A stretch of 64,000 nucleotides of DNA from Lepidodermella squamata (lineage: Eukaryota; Animalia; Gastrotricha), in the NCBI GenBank assembly GCA_047495785.1, contig JBLDXI010000024.1, forward strand, positions 4,464,001-4,528,000. The letters run 5' to 3'. Shown piece by piece: positions 26,501-38,600 of this stretch. Below the pieces are notes generated by a model. It searched no databases. It saw only the letters and a program-made list of their open reading frames with translations, and was not told the DNA's origin. How positions within the stretch are numbered: position 1 is the stretch's first letter; the number at the start of each line of letters is the position of its first letter. Both the position numbers and the translations under genes were made by a program.

Positions 26501-27837
26501 GGACTATTCATTGCCCGAATTCTCGTTGTGATGAAAGCCGTTACGAGACTTCAAACCGATCGAACTTCTTTTGTGAATTTCGATCTTCTGGTCAACTGGG
26601 AAGCTTTGATGGCTAACCTGTACGGCATCACTTTTTTCATGACGATGTTGCTCTTTTTCCGCCAACTCACCTTCAACAAGTACTGGTGCATGTTCTTAGG
26701 CACTCTTTCTAAGGGCAAGAATGACGTTCTCTCATTCCTTTTTGTTTTCACACTGATTACAATACTCTTCGCACAACTTGGCTATCTGAGCATGAACACC
26801 ACTCGCGAAGAGTTCCAGAGTTTCAGTGAGTCGATTCTGACCCTCATTCAGAATATTATTGGCGTGAGTGGCTCACTGATGTCACTCAGCTTCACATCGC
26901 GATTCATCATGTTGTTCTGCATGGCTTACTCAACAATCGTCATGTTTTTGGCTGTTCAGGTCTTCATGACAATTATATCGGTTACTTACGGCCAAGTTGC
27001 TGATAATGTTGAGGAAAACACCGACTGGGACCATGAGCTATCAAGCTACATGGCAGAGCAATTGTCATCAATTGTTACGAAAGCTCACGCGAAGCAAGAA
27101 AAAGCTTCGCCAAGTTTCAGACCTGTTGGAGAACGCAACTTTGCTAAACGTAAGCCCTTCTAGAAGTAAAATTGCCTTTTTAACTTCATTTTACAACAGT
27201 CGAACTTTCCATCCACCGCTTTTCTCGATTCATTGAGACGCGAATCGCAGACGAAACTTATGAAAGAGTGACGAAACGCGAACGTTGCCTAATGCATTGG
27301 ATGGACATGAAGTTGCGTGCTGTAAGGCTACAAAGATTGATGAAACACGAGCACCGTCAGGTACCCGCAGCCATCAACACCTCGATGAAAATCAATGACC
27401 CCAAGCTGTTCATGCATGTGGACAAAATTGTCACACAACAAGGTCATTTCTCCAAGAATGCCGAACCACCACGACGTCTTGAGCCGATTCTTCTAGATTG
27501 GTCCAATCAGATGAAGCCAGATAGCAATGCCAAGCCACCTATCTTGTCGAAGCAAATTGGCATGCCTCAGATCGCCAAACCGGCAATGCCCGACATCACC
27601 TTCAAAGACAAGCCTGCCAAAAAGGAAAGCCCATTCGAAAAACCACCAGCTCCAAATCTCTCACATAAAGGATTGCCTGTTAAACCGCAAGACATTCCAG
27701 GTCAGACATCGCTGTTTGGCATGCTCTACCCTAGTAAGAAGCAGCCGGGCAGTTTGCCAGTCGGGCCAGTTCGTGGAATGTACGACTCTAAGAAACAGGG
27801 CGGTAGCAGTCAATTGAATCCCTACCCCACGCATTAA
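8514..27837 (+). CDS. PKD1-like paralog B (multi-exon): SP, ~10 EGF, F5/8-like, 4 FReD, PAN, 3 sushi, ~6 EGF, GAIN-like with degenerate GPS, TM1, PLAT, TM2-5, TOP/channel, Pro-rich tail
   Basis: 49-nt signal-peptide exon ([16 protein letters not shown], 8514-8562) and CxNGGxC EGF exons. FReD motifs [21 protein letters not shown] and [12 protein letters not shown] follows TM1. PKD1-family motifs [20 protein letters not shown] and [23 protein letters not shown]. Exon organisation is collinear with copies C and D. Confidence 0.9.
9616..10497. mobile_element. Palindromic MITE-like element (arms 9616-9668 and 10455-10497) with a Harbinger-like insertion (9671-10452) at its centre, in an intron of B
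   Basis: gcgccaaaacaaccactttgat...gtactttaaggagcccaacgt is inverted relative to acgttgggctcttaaagtacaatcaaagtggatgttttggcgc. The insert is flanked by TAA on both sides, ends in gtgaatccacct, and shares internal motifs with the 14076-14774 element. Confidence 0.55.
10225..10303. repeat. Near-perfect hairpin with 31-bp arms
   Basis: agtgtcgcgcgtggctaatttttatatgaaa, a 17-nt loop, then tttcatataaaaattagccgcgcgcgacact; one G-T pair. Confidence 0.8.
12683..12691 (+). other. 9-nt microexon of paralog B (equivalents at 31509-31517 in C and 49675-49683 in D)
   Basis: aaatag|TTTTGCCTC|gtaagt in B, ttctag|TCACACCCC|gtaagt in C, tttcag|TGGTCAACC|gtaagt in D. It is frame-preserving between the last N-terminal EGF exon and the discoidin exon. 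Confidence 0.7.
12744..13324 (+). other. F5/8 type C (discoidin)-like domain exons of paralog B
   Basis: GWAP....[15 protein letters not shown].....[10 protein letters not shown]...LFPG......[13 protein letters not shown]....MTVKIWIC resembles the FA58C pattern. It is conserved in C (31575-32165) and D (49740-50330). Confidence 0.6.
14076..14774. mobile_element. PIF/Harbinger-like MITE in an intron of B
   Basis: TIRs agctaggttcacggac ... gtccgtgaac(cgtgaac)ccagct, with TAA target-site duplication at 14073-14075 and 14775-14777. Confidence 0.75.
14487..14525. repeat. (ATT)13 microsatellite
   Basis: Read directly from the sequence, inside the MITE. Confidence 0.95.
16769..17702. mobile_element. 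Non-autonomous TIR element with TA TSD (Tc1/mariner/pogo-like) in an intron of B
   Basis: ta|ccgtcatttggggtaatctgg ... ccggatagccccaactgacgg|ta. The subterminal motif ggggctattcgg recurs in both orientations. Confidence 0.7.
19860..20692 (+). other. PAN/apple-like domain followed by three sushi/CCP-like repeats (paralog B)
   Basis: C....[10 protein letters not shown].....CVLFVYN...KACSL fits the PAN pattern. Sushi-like units are CGPPP...NYTC...LTC...W...C, CGLLP...YEC...C and CADPP...YRC..GY...LTC...W...C. Confidence 0.7.
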
Positions 27838-28570
27838 ATGAAGTAACTTTGAATTCACGACAAATAATTGGAGCGGTTTATTAATGACATCCAGATTGAG
27901 TGATTTTTTGAACCTATCATCGACGATGCAACTGAACAATGACGTATTGAGCATTTAAACTATTTAAACTATTATAAACTATTTAAACTATTTCCAAATA
28001 AGCATGGTTGCAATAGAGTGTATCAGTGAATTCTACGCGTAAACAGAATAAACAGAAAACTTAATTTTTTTCATTGATGTTGCACCATTGACTTGCACAA
28101 TAACTTCAGTTCCTTTAATTTAAGTTTAATTATTTTGCCGCAAGTGGGTGATAACGCAGTGAGAGCTCTCAATGATATTCATCGAACACAAATTTCTTCA
28201 ATAATTATTAAAGCGGCGCCATACCATTCTTATTAATTTATTAACATCCGTTTTCCGCTGGAATCGATTGCAAAAAAGCCATTCCCTGAGAAATAAGACT
28301 GAGAAAATAATTATTCCAGACATAGAGAACAGTATCCAGAGAATCCTAATTGATAACACTTCTTTGCATTATCCTTTAATTTGTGAATCTGAACAGCTAC
28401 ATCTAAACAGCAGCCCAAGATACTGTAATTTCAACCTCTACGAAAAGATGGCTACAAATATTGATGGGCGATTTTGATATATGCCAATTCGCCTCCATTT
28501 CACTTTTCAGCAAATTTTGAGCTAATTGATTATATTACAAGTTAAAAATCTGTATTTAACAGCCGTGTTC

Positions 28571-28769
28571 CATTATGTTTCCGCTTTTCCGGGGCAAAGT
28601 CCATCGTCACCACTTGGTGACTTGGCCACTTGTTCGCTTCGACGCTTTCGTACTATGAATGACTATGAAACTTTTTATGGCCTTGCGACTCAGCCGACAG
28701 GCGACCAAGTGACCAAGTCGCCGAGTGCGGTGACGATGGACTTTTACCCGGATAAGCGGAAACATAATG
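28571..28769. mobile_element. ~200-bp foldback MITE-like hairpin between B and C
   Basis: cattatgtttccgcttttccggggcaaagtccatcgtcaccacttggtgacttggccacttg is inverted relative to caagtgaccaagtcgccgagtgcggtgacgatggacttttacccggataagcggaaacataatg. Confidence 0.7.
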
Positions 28770-29680
28770 TCAGGCGGAATTCGCTGCAAACGGTTTGCGT
28801 AGCCTGCTAAATCAGGTAAATACAGCAATTCGATAAGAGGCGGAACAATGGAACTATCCCGCGAACAAGAGAAAAGCGTTAAGCCAACCGAAAAACCCAA
28901 GCAAACCAGCTGCAAGTTTATCTTCACACAATTTTATTATATAACATTGCTCGTAATCGATACTACCTTCTACATGGTTACTTTCGCGAGGTTTCGTCAT
29001 TGTTCAGGAAAAATATGGGGCAAACTCGAAAATATCCACAAAAGACAAGCATAAAATGGTTATGAATATGGTAAGCTATGATGATGGCGTCATTCTAATC
29101 TATTGCTGCGATGCGGCAATGGAACCGTAACTAAGGTGGCTGGCTACATACCGTAACTTTCAAAGCCAAACATTTTGAAGGGAGCTGCGCAGTCCTTTTC
29201 TCTTTAATAATATATAGAACGGCGCAGCGCCCGTGGACTGTTTGCCTCCCGCGATAGCTTGCAGACAGCAGACAGACTTCGTTACAACTTCGACAAGCGA
29301 AAACTTTGTTACCAGTAATAATGCCTCTTTGTTTGTAAGCAGTTGAAACCAATTGTTCAATAAAACTGTTCGAATTAAACAATGTGAATGATAAATGATA
29401 AATTTTATCGTTTAAAACGAACAGGTGAAAAATTGATGAGCGGGAGAAAGAAAGTTCGAACAAAGAGATGCGCATATGGTCAATTAATTTCAAATTGTTA
29501 ACGGCTTACAGAGCCACGGGTATTAATGAATAAAAAATAAAGAGACCGCACCGTTGGCATCCAGTTATAATCAAGTTGTTCCCTTTCGTGACGTTTAAAA
29601 GCCGAAAAATCGTTGTCGTTTTCGGGAGCGATGTAAAACTGCCTTATGCTCGACTACATATTTTCCCTTAATTTTGTTAG

Positions 29681-32600
29681 ATGGATTCCTGGGTTTGCTT
29701 TGTGCTGATTTTGTCAATCGGCTTTAACAGTATGGCTCATTCAATTTCAAACGCCCTATAAATGTGTGTATGTTATTTTCAATAGCTGCTGAGGGCATGA
29801 CTTGCAGCAATGGCGGCACTGCAACGACCAAATATTGCTATTGCCCCTATCCGTGGGGTGGATCATCCTGTCAAACTTCTGGTAATTTGCAAAATCTTCA
29901 AAACTGATTAGCTTTGATGCAATACTTCATAGGAGGAACCTACTGCGCTACATCGAATTGGTTTGCAACCAATTACCCGATTTGTTACAACGGAGGAACC
30001 TGCAAAACTACCCTTAATTCAAACTGCACCTGCCCACCTGGCTACACTGGTCGTTTCTGTGAAACAGGTTATAAATACCACCTTGTTTCCTCAAATTTAT
30101 TTGACATTAAACCTATTAAAGCTTCCTGTAACCCGCCTTGTCAAAACAACGGAACGTGCAATGTAAGCCTGATGCTATGTAACTGCACAGCTGGCTGGAC
30201 TGGGTCAGCATGTACCTCTGGTTCAGTGACAGTTTCAGAGCCTGGATAAATATTTAAAATTTAATTTTCTATTAGCAATTTGCACAAATCCTTGCCTTAA
30301 TGGCGGTAACTGCACGGCGCCAAATGTTTGCAACTGCACGGCCAACTGGACCGGCGCAACGTGTCAAAGCCCTGTCTGCAGCCCGGCGTGCTCCAATGGC
30401 GGCACTTGCAACAACGCGTTAACATGCAACTGTACTGCTAGCTGGACAGGCCCACGATGCACGATTCGTATATTGCTTGCTAGTTACACGTTACGTTTTA
30501 CAATTTAAAACGCTTTCCAGCTGTCTGTGCATCGCCGTGTCAAAACGGAGGAAGTTGCATCGCCCCTAATACGTGTTCCTGTCCAGTTGGTTGGACCGGG
30601 CCTACGTGCGGGACCTTCACATGTCCAGCAGGGTGCGCAAATGGTGGGACGTGCATAGGCCCGTCAACGTGCACGTGCACCGGTCAGTGGACTGACTTTG
30701 ATTGCAAGACCCGTAAGCTCAGTTTGCTAATCGCTGCTCGGGTGTGAATGGCTTGACTTTGCAGCTATTTGCTCGACTCCTTGCGATAATGGCGGCTCCT
30801 GTGCCGCTCCTGATGTTTGCGCCTGTGCGCCAACTTGGATGGGTGCGACATGCAACACGCCCACGCCTACTGGTAAAATGTTTCATTTTAATCGGATATT
30901 CAGATCTACAGTAGCTTTTATGAAGTAGAAATATAGCAATATAGGAAGTAGGATCTGGGAGAGCTGGGGTAATATCGGTCTCGAGTTTATAAACCAAAGG
31001 ATTCTTCCGGGTTTTTTGGCTTGGCCTCTGGTAATATTCATAGATCTGATGACAGGACCTTTTAGCGCCTGAGGAAATATATAATAGTTTCCGGATTTTT
31101 CCATGCCGTTAAAGATTAATGATGATTGATGATCCTAGTCACAAATTCGTTTTGCTCATTCCTCCAGTTTGCACGGCTAATGGGCAATGTGCAAATGGTG
31201 GCACCTGTACCAATGGATTGTGTTACTGTGTTACCCCGTACACTGGACCAGCTTGCTCTCTTACAGGTTTATAATTTGTTCGAGGAAAGAACGAATAGTC
31301 AAAAGTACATTGCGCGGTGTAGGAACTAACATCTGTTCTCCTAACGGTCTCGATTACCCTTGGTGTTTCAACGGAGGCACCTGCGTCACTGTTGGCTCGG
31401 CCACGCAATGTAACTGTCCGTATGGAGCTACTGGTCGATATTGCGAAAATGGTGAGATCCCTCGCTATCAGAGTTATCTTTATTTACAATTTGCCTTCCT
31501 ATTTCTAGTCACACCCCGTAAGTGAACTTTCAGCCCGTGCAAATTATCATTGCAGTGGAAATTATGCGGGGTAGGATGTGACAGCGATGAAGTTACAGCC
31601 AAGTATAGTTTGTGGGGCGGAAGTCTTGTGAGCTCTACCGGTACGCCGGCAAATGCCCTGTCCACTGTAGGATGGGTACCAAGCATGGCGACGGACAAGC
31701 GATTCTTTTGGGGTTTATCGGTTTCATTTGAAGTCACAATATCTACTATCCAAGTCGGAAATGGCGCAAGTGTTTCGGGTTACGTGACAGGTTATGCCGT
31801 TTCTTTTTACGTGAAGCAAAAAACACTTGGGAGTTTTTACTACCCTGTACTGACAAACCAAGCCGACTCAACCTCCCCCGTCAAGGTGGGCTATTTCTAT
31901 ATTCATGTACAAGCGTAACATGTAATATTTCAGATATTTCCTGGCTATAACGGGGCTACCCCGGGGGTTTCGAAACTCTGCCCAAATATTAGGACATCGG
32001 GCTTGCGTATTTATCCGAAAACTTTCACAGCCACTCCCTATGCCATGACTGTTAAAATTTGGGGATGTTTACCCCACTCTGGGTGTGTTCCCTCCGGCAC
32101 CGGGATTTGCGCATCATCATGTACTTGCCCTGTTGGCTACCGAAGCAGCTATGGTTCCAACTGCGGTTAGTTTCAATCCACGACCAAAGAAAAACCTCGA
32201 ATCAGTGCATTTTCAGATATTTGGAATATGCCGCCGATGGATTGCGAGGACATCTACATGCGCGACCCAACCGCGCAAGATGGCGTATATACAATATACC
32301 CAGCCTCTTTCCCAGCACTGCAGGTGTATTGCGATATGAGCCACGCTGGAGGGGGTTGGACTGTTTTTCAACGCCGCATCGATGGAACAACCGATTTCTA
32401 CCAAACGTGGGCTGCCTATAAAACTGGTTTCGGCAATCTTGCAACCAATTACTGGCTTGGAAATGATAATATAAACCGGCTCACAAACGAGAATTACAAC
32501 GCGCTGTCTCTGCTAGGGCTGTACATAGTGTCTCCGGATGAAGACCGTGGATTGGCTATTCACAAGGATTTCTTTGTAGAGAAAGAAGCCAACAACTATA

Positions 32601-35600
32601 GGCTGAATGTAGGGGCTTTGGAGACCGGCGATGCTGGTACGCATTTATTTTCCTAAATCGAAGATATAAAGTTAATTTTGAAACAGGTGACTCGATGACT
32701 TTCCATAGCAACGTAGTCTTTAGTGCAAAAGACAGGGATCAATCGACTTATGGCAACTGTACGGGGCTGTACAAAGCAGGATGGTGGTACGTTTACACTG
32801 AACCTTTTTTGAACCAGGCAAAATCACTATTGATTTTCTATCAGGTACTACAACTGTTACGCTACTAATTTAAACGGGTAAGTCTACTAAGTATATGTGG
32901 CAACTTAACAATTTTTACATTGCAGGCTATATACCTCGGCGAATCCGATCAATACGATGATTTATTATTCATTTAAAGGCTATTATGTTGGAATGACGAC
33001 CGCCCAAATGATGGTTCGAAGAAACAAGCCACAGGACGTCTTGCGCCGTAATCAGTTCCTTAAGTCCGCTAAATCAAATATCCAGAGTTATTTTTTCTAG
33101 TCCCGCCTGCTCCTAAGCCAGTCGATTGCGATGACATATTGAACCGCAACCCGCACTCGCCGAGTGGCATCTACCAGATATATCCAATCGAGTTTACGAG
33201 CCCTGTTTCTGTGTATTGCGAAATGGTTGCACATGGCGGGGGTTTTGTAGTTATCCAGCGAAACAAGAATGATGGCCTTGATTTCAACAAAACATTCGCA
33301 GACTATGCGGCTGGTTTCGGCAACTTGAATGGCTCTTTCTACCTCGGCAATTCACTGATTTACCAACTCGTTAACGCAGGCACGGGCAATACATACAAGC
33401 TGGTCGTTGTTTTGGAAGATAGTTCTGGAATGAAACGTTCGGCAGTTTACACCTCATTCACGTTACTTGACAACGTGGATTATACTCTTTCATTCTCGGG
33501 CTATATCTCTTCGTCTACACTCAGTGAAAACCCCGGAGATTCTCTCGCAACATCAAACAACCAGCCGTTTCAAACCTATGACCGAGCGAAGGGTCGAGTT
33601 TGCGGGCCGAAAAGGCCGGGCGGTTGGTGGTTCAAAGTTCCATCGAACGGCGACCCGATCAACCCAGATTGTTCGGACGCTAATCTGAACGGAAACATCG
33701 GCGACAATACTTGGGAAATGGGTCTGTTCTGGAACACTTGGAAAGGCAAAAATACGTCGCTGGTCTCAAGCACTATGATGATAGCTCCAAGTAATTTGTT
33801 GAAACGCATTTTTAATCTAATGTTTGTTTTTTCTTGATATTATAGACGGCGCCAAGCCTATCGACTGCATGGATGTCTACGCCGGAAATTGGGGAGGTAT
33901 CCGTGACTACTGGATTTATCATCCCGTTGCTGGGCCACTGCAAGTTATTTGCGACTCTCTAAATTACGTCACTGGCACGCCAGGATGGACTGTAAGTTTA
34001 CGAAATTCAGCAAAGATGAATATGAATATGAATTTTCCATGAACAAGGTGATCCAACACCAAGTAAATAACGCCACTTCATTCACAAGAACTTGGGAGGA
34101 ATACAAGAATGGATTCAGAGTTGCTCCGTTCTCTGTGACGAAAGACTATTGGATAGGTAAATAAGCCGATAGAAAATTATATATATTCACTTACTTCCTG
34201 ATGCCAGGTAACGAGAATCTGTACAAGTTGACGAAAGATGGGGCTTACCAGCTGGTTGTGCGAGTTATACTTAAAAATGGGACTGAACTTCGAGCTTTCT
34301 ACGGCGATTTCCATGTCAGTGGTGAAGATGATGGCTACAGGCTCTTCGTCGCAAACTATCAAGGCACTGCGGGGGATATGCTATCATCTAAACACAACTT
34401 CAAGCAATTTTCAACCTCCGATCGAGGCACTGCTGCATACTGCTTTTCAACCTATTCGATCACCGGTGGGTGGTGGCTACCCGATGACTGTTCATTCGAC
34501 TCGCAGGCAAATAATAAGATGGTTACAACTGTCGCTAATGCTACGTTGAAATGGGGCACTTTAGCTGTTAAATCGTTTGTAATGGGGATTCAGCGGAAGA
34601 AGTTGCGTAAGTAAGGTAGAATTGGAAAGTGATTGAGTTTGATTTTCACGTAACGACAGCTGACGTCAAAAATGTTGCCAATGCAACAACGAATGTAGTT
34701 TCACCTACTTACGGCATTGTCCGGTACGAATGTAATCGAAAATTTGTCTCTGATGGATCCGGCACGGAAGAAAGAGTTCTTTCAACGGATTACGCTGTAT
34801 ACTCCGGCAGTAACTACGTCTGTAATCGTAAGTAACTAACACCAAGTTACAACGAAAGTCTCAAGGCATTTTTTCTAGCTCGGCCTGAACCTTATGACTG
34901 CAGTGCAATTCAGCGCGACAATGCAGCCATCGGTGTGGTTAGCGAGTCGGGAGTTTTCAATCTTCGAGAAGTAAACGTGGGAAACTTCAGTGCTTATTGC
35001 GACCAGGACACTATGGGTGGAGGCTGGACAGTCATTCAGAGGCGACTTGATGGGAATCAATCATTCTCTCAAGACCTAGCAACTTACGAGTCTGGTTTCG
35101 GCAATCCTCTGTCTAATTATTGGCTGGGAAATTCGAAAATCCGTTCAATGACTCAGGCCGCTGATTATGAGCTACTGATAGAAGTCGGCCTGGCAAAAAC
35201 CTGGGGTTATGCTTCTTACGGGAGTTTCTTCCTATCACATGCAACTAACGTGCTGAGTGTCTCCGGATACACCACAGACTCAACTGTGGGGGATTCTCTA
35301 ACTCCAGTTTCCTCGCTACCTTTCATAATCGATCCATGCGGAACAGGTGGTTGGTGGCTTGCTCAGCCCAGTTGCTCGCTGTCCAACATTCAGAGCAATT
35401 TGAACAATTTATACGGGACTCAAGCTCAAGGCTACATGAACACCTATTGGAAAACCTATGCATCACCAACAACAACTCCACTGGTTCATACTGAAATGAA
35501 AATTCGGCGCATCAAACCAACAAATAAATACATCATTGCCCCGAATTTTCAATGCAGTCCTGCTGGTATGTCGTCTACTCTGTCAAATATTTCCAGCCCG

Positions 35601-38600
35601 GAGATGTGCATGTCAAAATGCACAAATTTTAAAACGTGGAATTGTCAGCTTGCTGTTTACTACCGAAGCACAAAGGCTTGCAGTCTTAAGAGCGGTTATT
35701 GCAAAACTGGCGAGGGGGCTGTTAGCAGTGTTACTGATTCTTACTACCGTAACGAATTGCCGAGCCATGTCTCGACGAACTGTGGACCCCCGCCAGCCAT
35801 GAGAAGCACGACGCGCCAAATCATTGGCATGCCCACGGTACTTTCGGTGAATTACACGTGTCAGAACTACCCGTACTACCAAAACGCAATCACTAATCAG
35901 GATTGGTCAGTTTTAACGTGCAACACCACATCGAATCTGTGGACGGGTAATTTTATGGACTGCCGAGGCCTCTGCGGCTTGCTGCCAGATACAGCGGGCA
36001 CTTATTCTCACTTGGCATCTGTTGTGAACAACGGCAGCGCGTTTAACCTAATCTATGAATGTGAGGATGATTTCGAACTAGGCACGGGGTCTTTGACTAA
36101 AGTCTGCGCACCCCCTTACTCGGCCATTGTTGGAACCCCTCACACCTGCGTATCAACACGATGTGCCGATCCTCCAATGTACCCTAATACCACTAACAAT
36201 TTCACAGTTCCAGTCGACATTCCTCCAGAAATGAGGAACACCAGAGGAATTGTTTGGGAATATCAATGCGACACGCCTGGTTACGTATTTCATGATACCG
36301 GTCTGCCCACTGCGAGTATATATTGTGCCACAACGAAGCTATGGGCAGGAACTGTAGGTGTATGCATACGTACGTTCTATACTGTGTTAATTATTAAAAA
36401 TACTTATAAAAATTGATAACTAGCTGATTGCACTTCAATTGGGGGTTGTCAGAACGATGGAGCTTGCTACTTACCTAATACGTGCGAATGCTACGGCGGC
36501 TGGCTTGGCGCAAACTGTTCCATACGTAACGTTCTATTTATTAATTTATTAATCCTTCTAATCCGCTTATCTCGTCAGCTGATTGTTCAAGTTTAGCCAA
36601 TTGCAACGGCAAAGGGGCTTGCATCCAACCGAATAACTGCTCTTGCAATCCTAATTGGACTGGGCCTGATTGTTCAACGCGTAAGACTCTAAGACGTAAG
36701 ATTATTCTTCAGTGATGAGTGTGGACATTTGTAGCTTCATGCGATGGAATTGGTGGGTGCAAAAATGGAGGGACATGTAGCAAGCCCAACAATTGCACTT
36801 GCGCAGCGGGCTGGAGTGGCGCAGATTGCAGCACACGTGAGAATAATTCTACTGATTCGAAATGTATGCTTGACACCTCTTAAAACTGATTTCATAGCCA
36901 CCTGCGCTTCTGCTTGTTTGAACGGTGGAAATTGCACGGCGCCGAACACTTGCTCTTGTGCTCCAGGATGGATTGGAACGACTTGCGACACGGGTATTGC
37001 TGTTTCTTTCATGATTGAATTATTCTTATGCCATATTTAGCAACACCGTGTATTCCGGCATGCTTGAACGGTGGAACATGCACCGCTGCCAAGACGTGCA
37101 ACTGTGCGGCTTCTTGGACAGGCTCTGGCTGCACCACGCGTAATTTCTAACCTTTACCTTGAGAAACGTAGCCATTTCGATTTAACAGCCATTTGTTCGC
37201 CGCAATGTTTGAATGGTGGGAACTGCACGGCGCCGAATACTTGCACTTGCGCTACAGGATGGACTGGAGCCACTTGCAACACCCGTAAGCATTGGTTGTT
37301 TTTTCAAGCCTTTTGACTCGGAACCCGTGAAACTGCTCTCATAGAGAATAGAGTTACCAGAGATGAAACTCCTATTGGAAACTTGAAGTTTTAATTCTTT
37401 TGCCGATTTTCGTAACATTTCATTATGGCGGATCTTTTTGAAAAGCGCGCATGCATGTTTACATGTAAAAAGGGTGTTTTTCCTCGCGCTATACCCAATA
37501 GCCCTCATCATGGAATTTCGATTTTTTTTATTTTAATCGATGGGAATCGGTTTCAACTTCAACCAGTCCGAAGGAATCAGCTGGGAAATGAACGGTTTTG
37601 ACGCCATAGCGATTTTCCCGAAGGTCACTCTTTGTGGGTTCAAAAGTAGGTGTTTTCAGCTTGACCCCACGGCCACATCTTTGATCGGACTGTCGCTTTC
37701 TTAGTGGAAATGATAGAACTGAGTCCATATTATAACCATGTGAAATGATTTGTTTTCTAAAGCCATCGTTAAAAAATTATTCATGGGTTTTGGATTCTCT
37801 ATGACTGCTCTTTTACGTTTTAGCTATTAAGTTGGCTGTGCTTAAAAATATTTGATTATGAAGCGATGGAGTTATAGGTCGGCGATGGTCGGCTGATATT
37901 CGATGAAAAATTTAGGGAGATTTTTTTTTATGGTTGCTGGGCTGGACTATTCTTTTGAAATTCGGTCAGCTGAAGCTCGGTTGGGTTGCATCCCATCACG
38001 TTAATATTATCCTACACAGAAAACGATAACTATGAGTAGATTCAGTAGTCGTTCAGCCTGGTAAAAGTTTAAATTTCGGGATCGCAAAGGGACGAGTGTT
38101 GATATGCCCAGAGCTAAATTTTCATCTATAACATATCAAAGGAATATAGCTAAATAGTTGAATAATTTCCTGTTGACTTTGTTATAAGAATTGAATGATT
38201 CCACTCCATTTTGTAGCAACTTGTAACCCGGTATGCTCGAACGGAGGAACATGCATCGGCTCGAACACCTGCAACTGTGCAAGTGCTTGGACTGGATCTG
38301 GATGCAAAACACGTAATTTCGAACTCCTCAAGAACCGTTGCAAATATCGACAGTTAATTTAATAGCTATTTGCTCCCCTCAATGTTTGAATGGAGGAAAC
38401 TGCACGGCGCCAAATACTTGCACTTGCGCTACAGGATGGACTGGTCCCACTTGCAACATACGTATGGCTTTAAAATTTCATATCCATTTTTGAAATGCTT
38501 CTTGCAGCGACCTGCACGTCGGCATGTTCCAACGGCGGAAGCTGCAGTGCTCCAAATACATGCACTTGTAAAACAGGCTGGAAGGGCGCAACTTGCAATC

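Noticed and set aside
27955-27992. Short (TTAAACTAT)n tandem repeat, and (GGCGACT)3 at ~63770
   Set aside because: Ordinary slippage repeats with no evident function.
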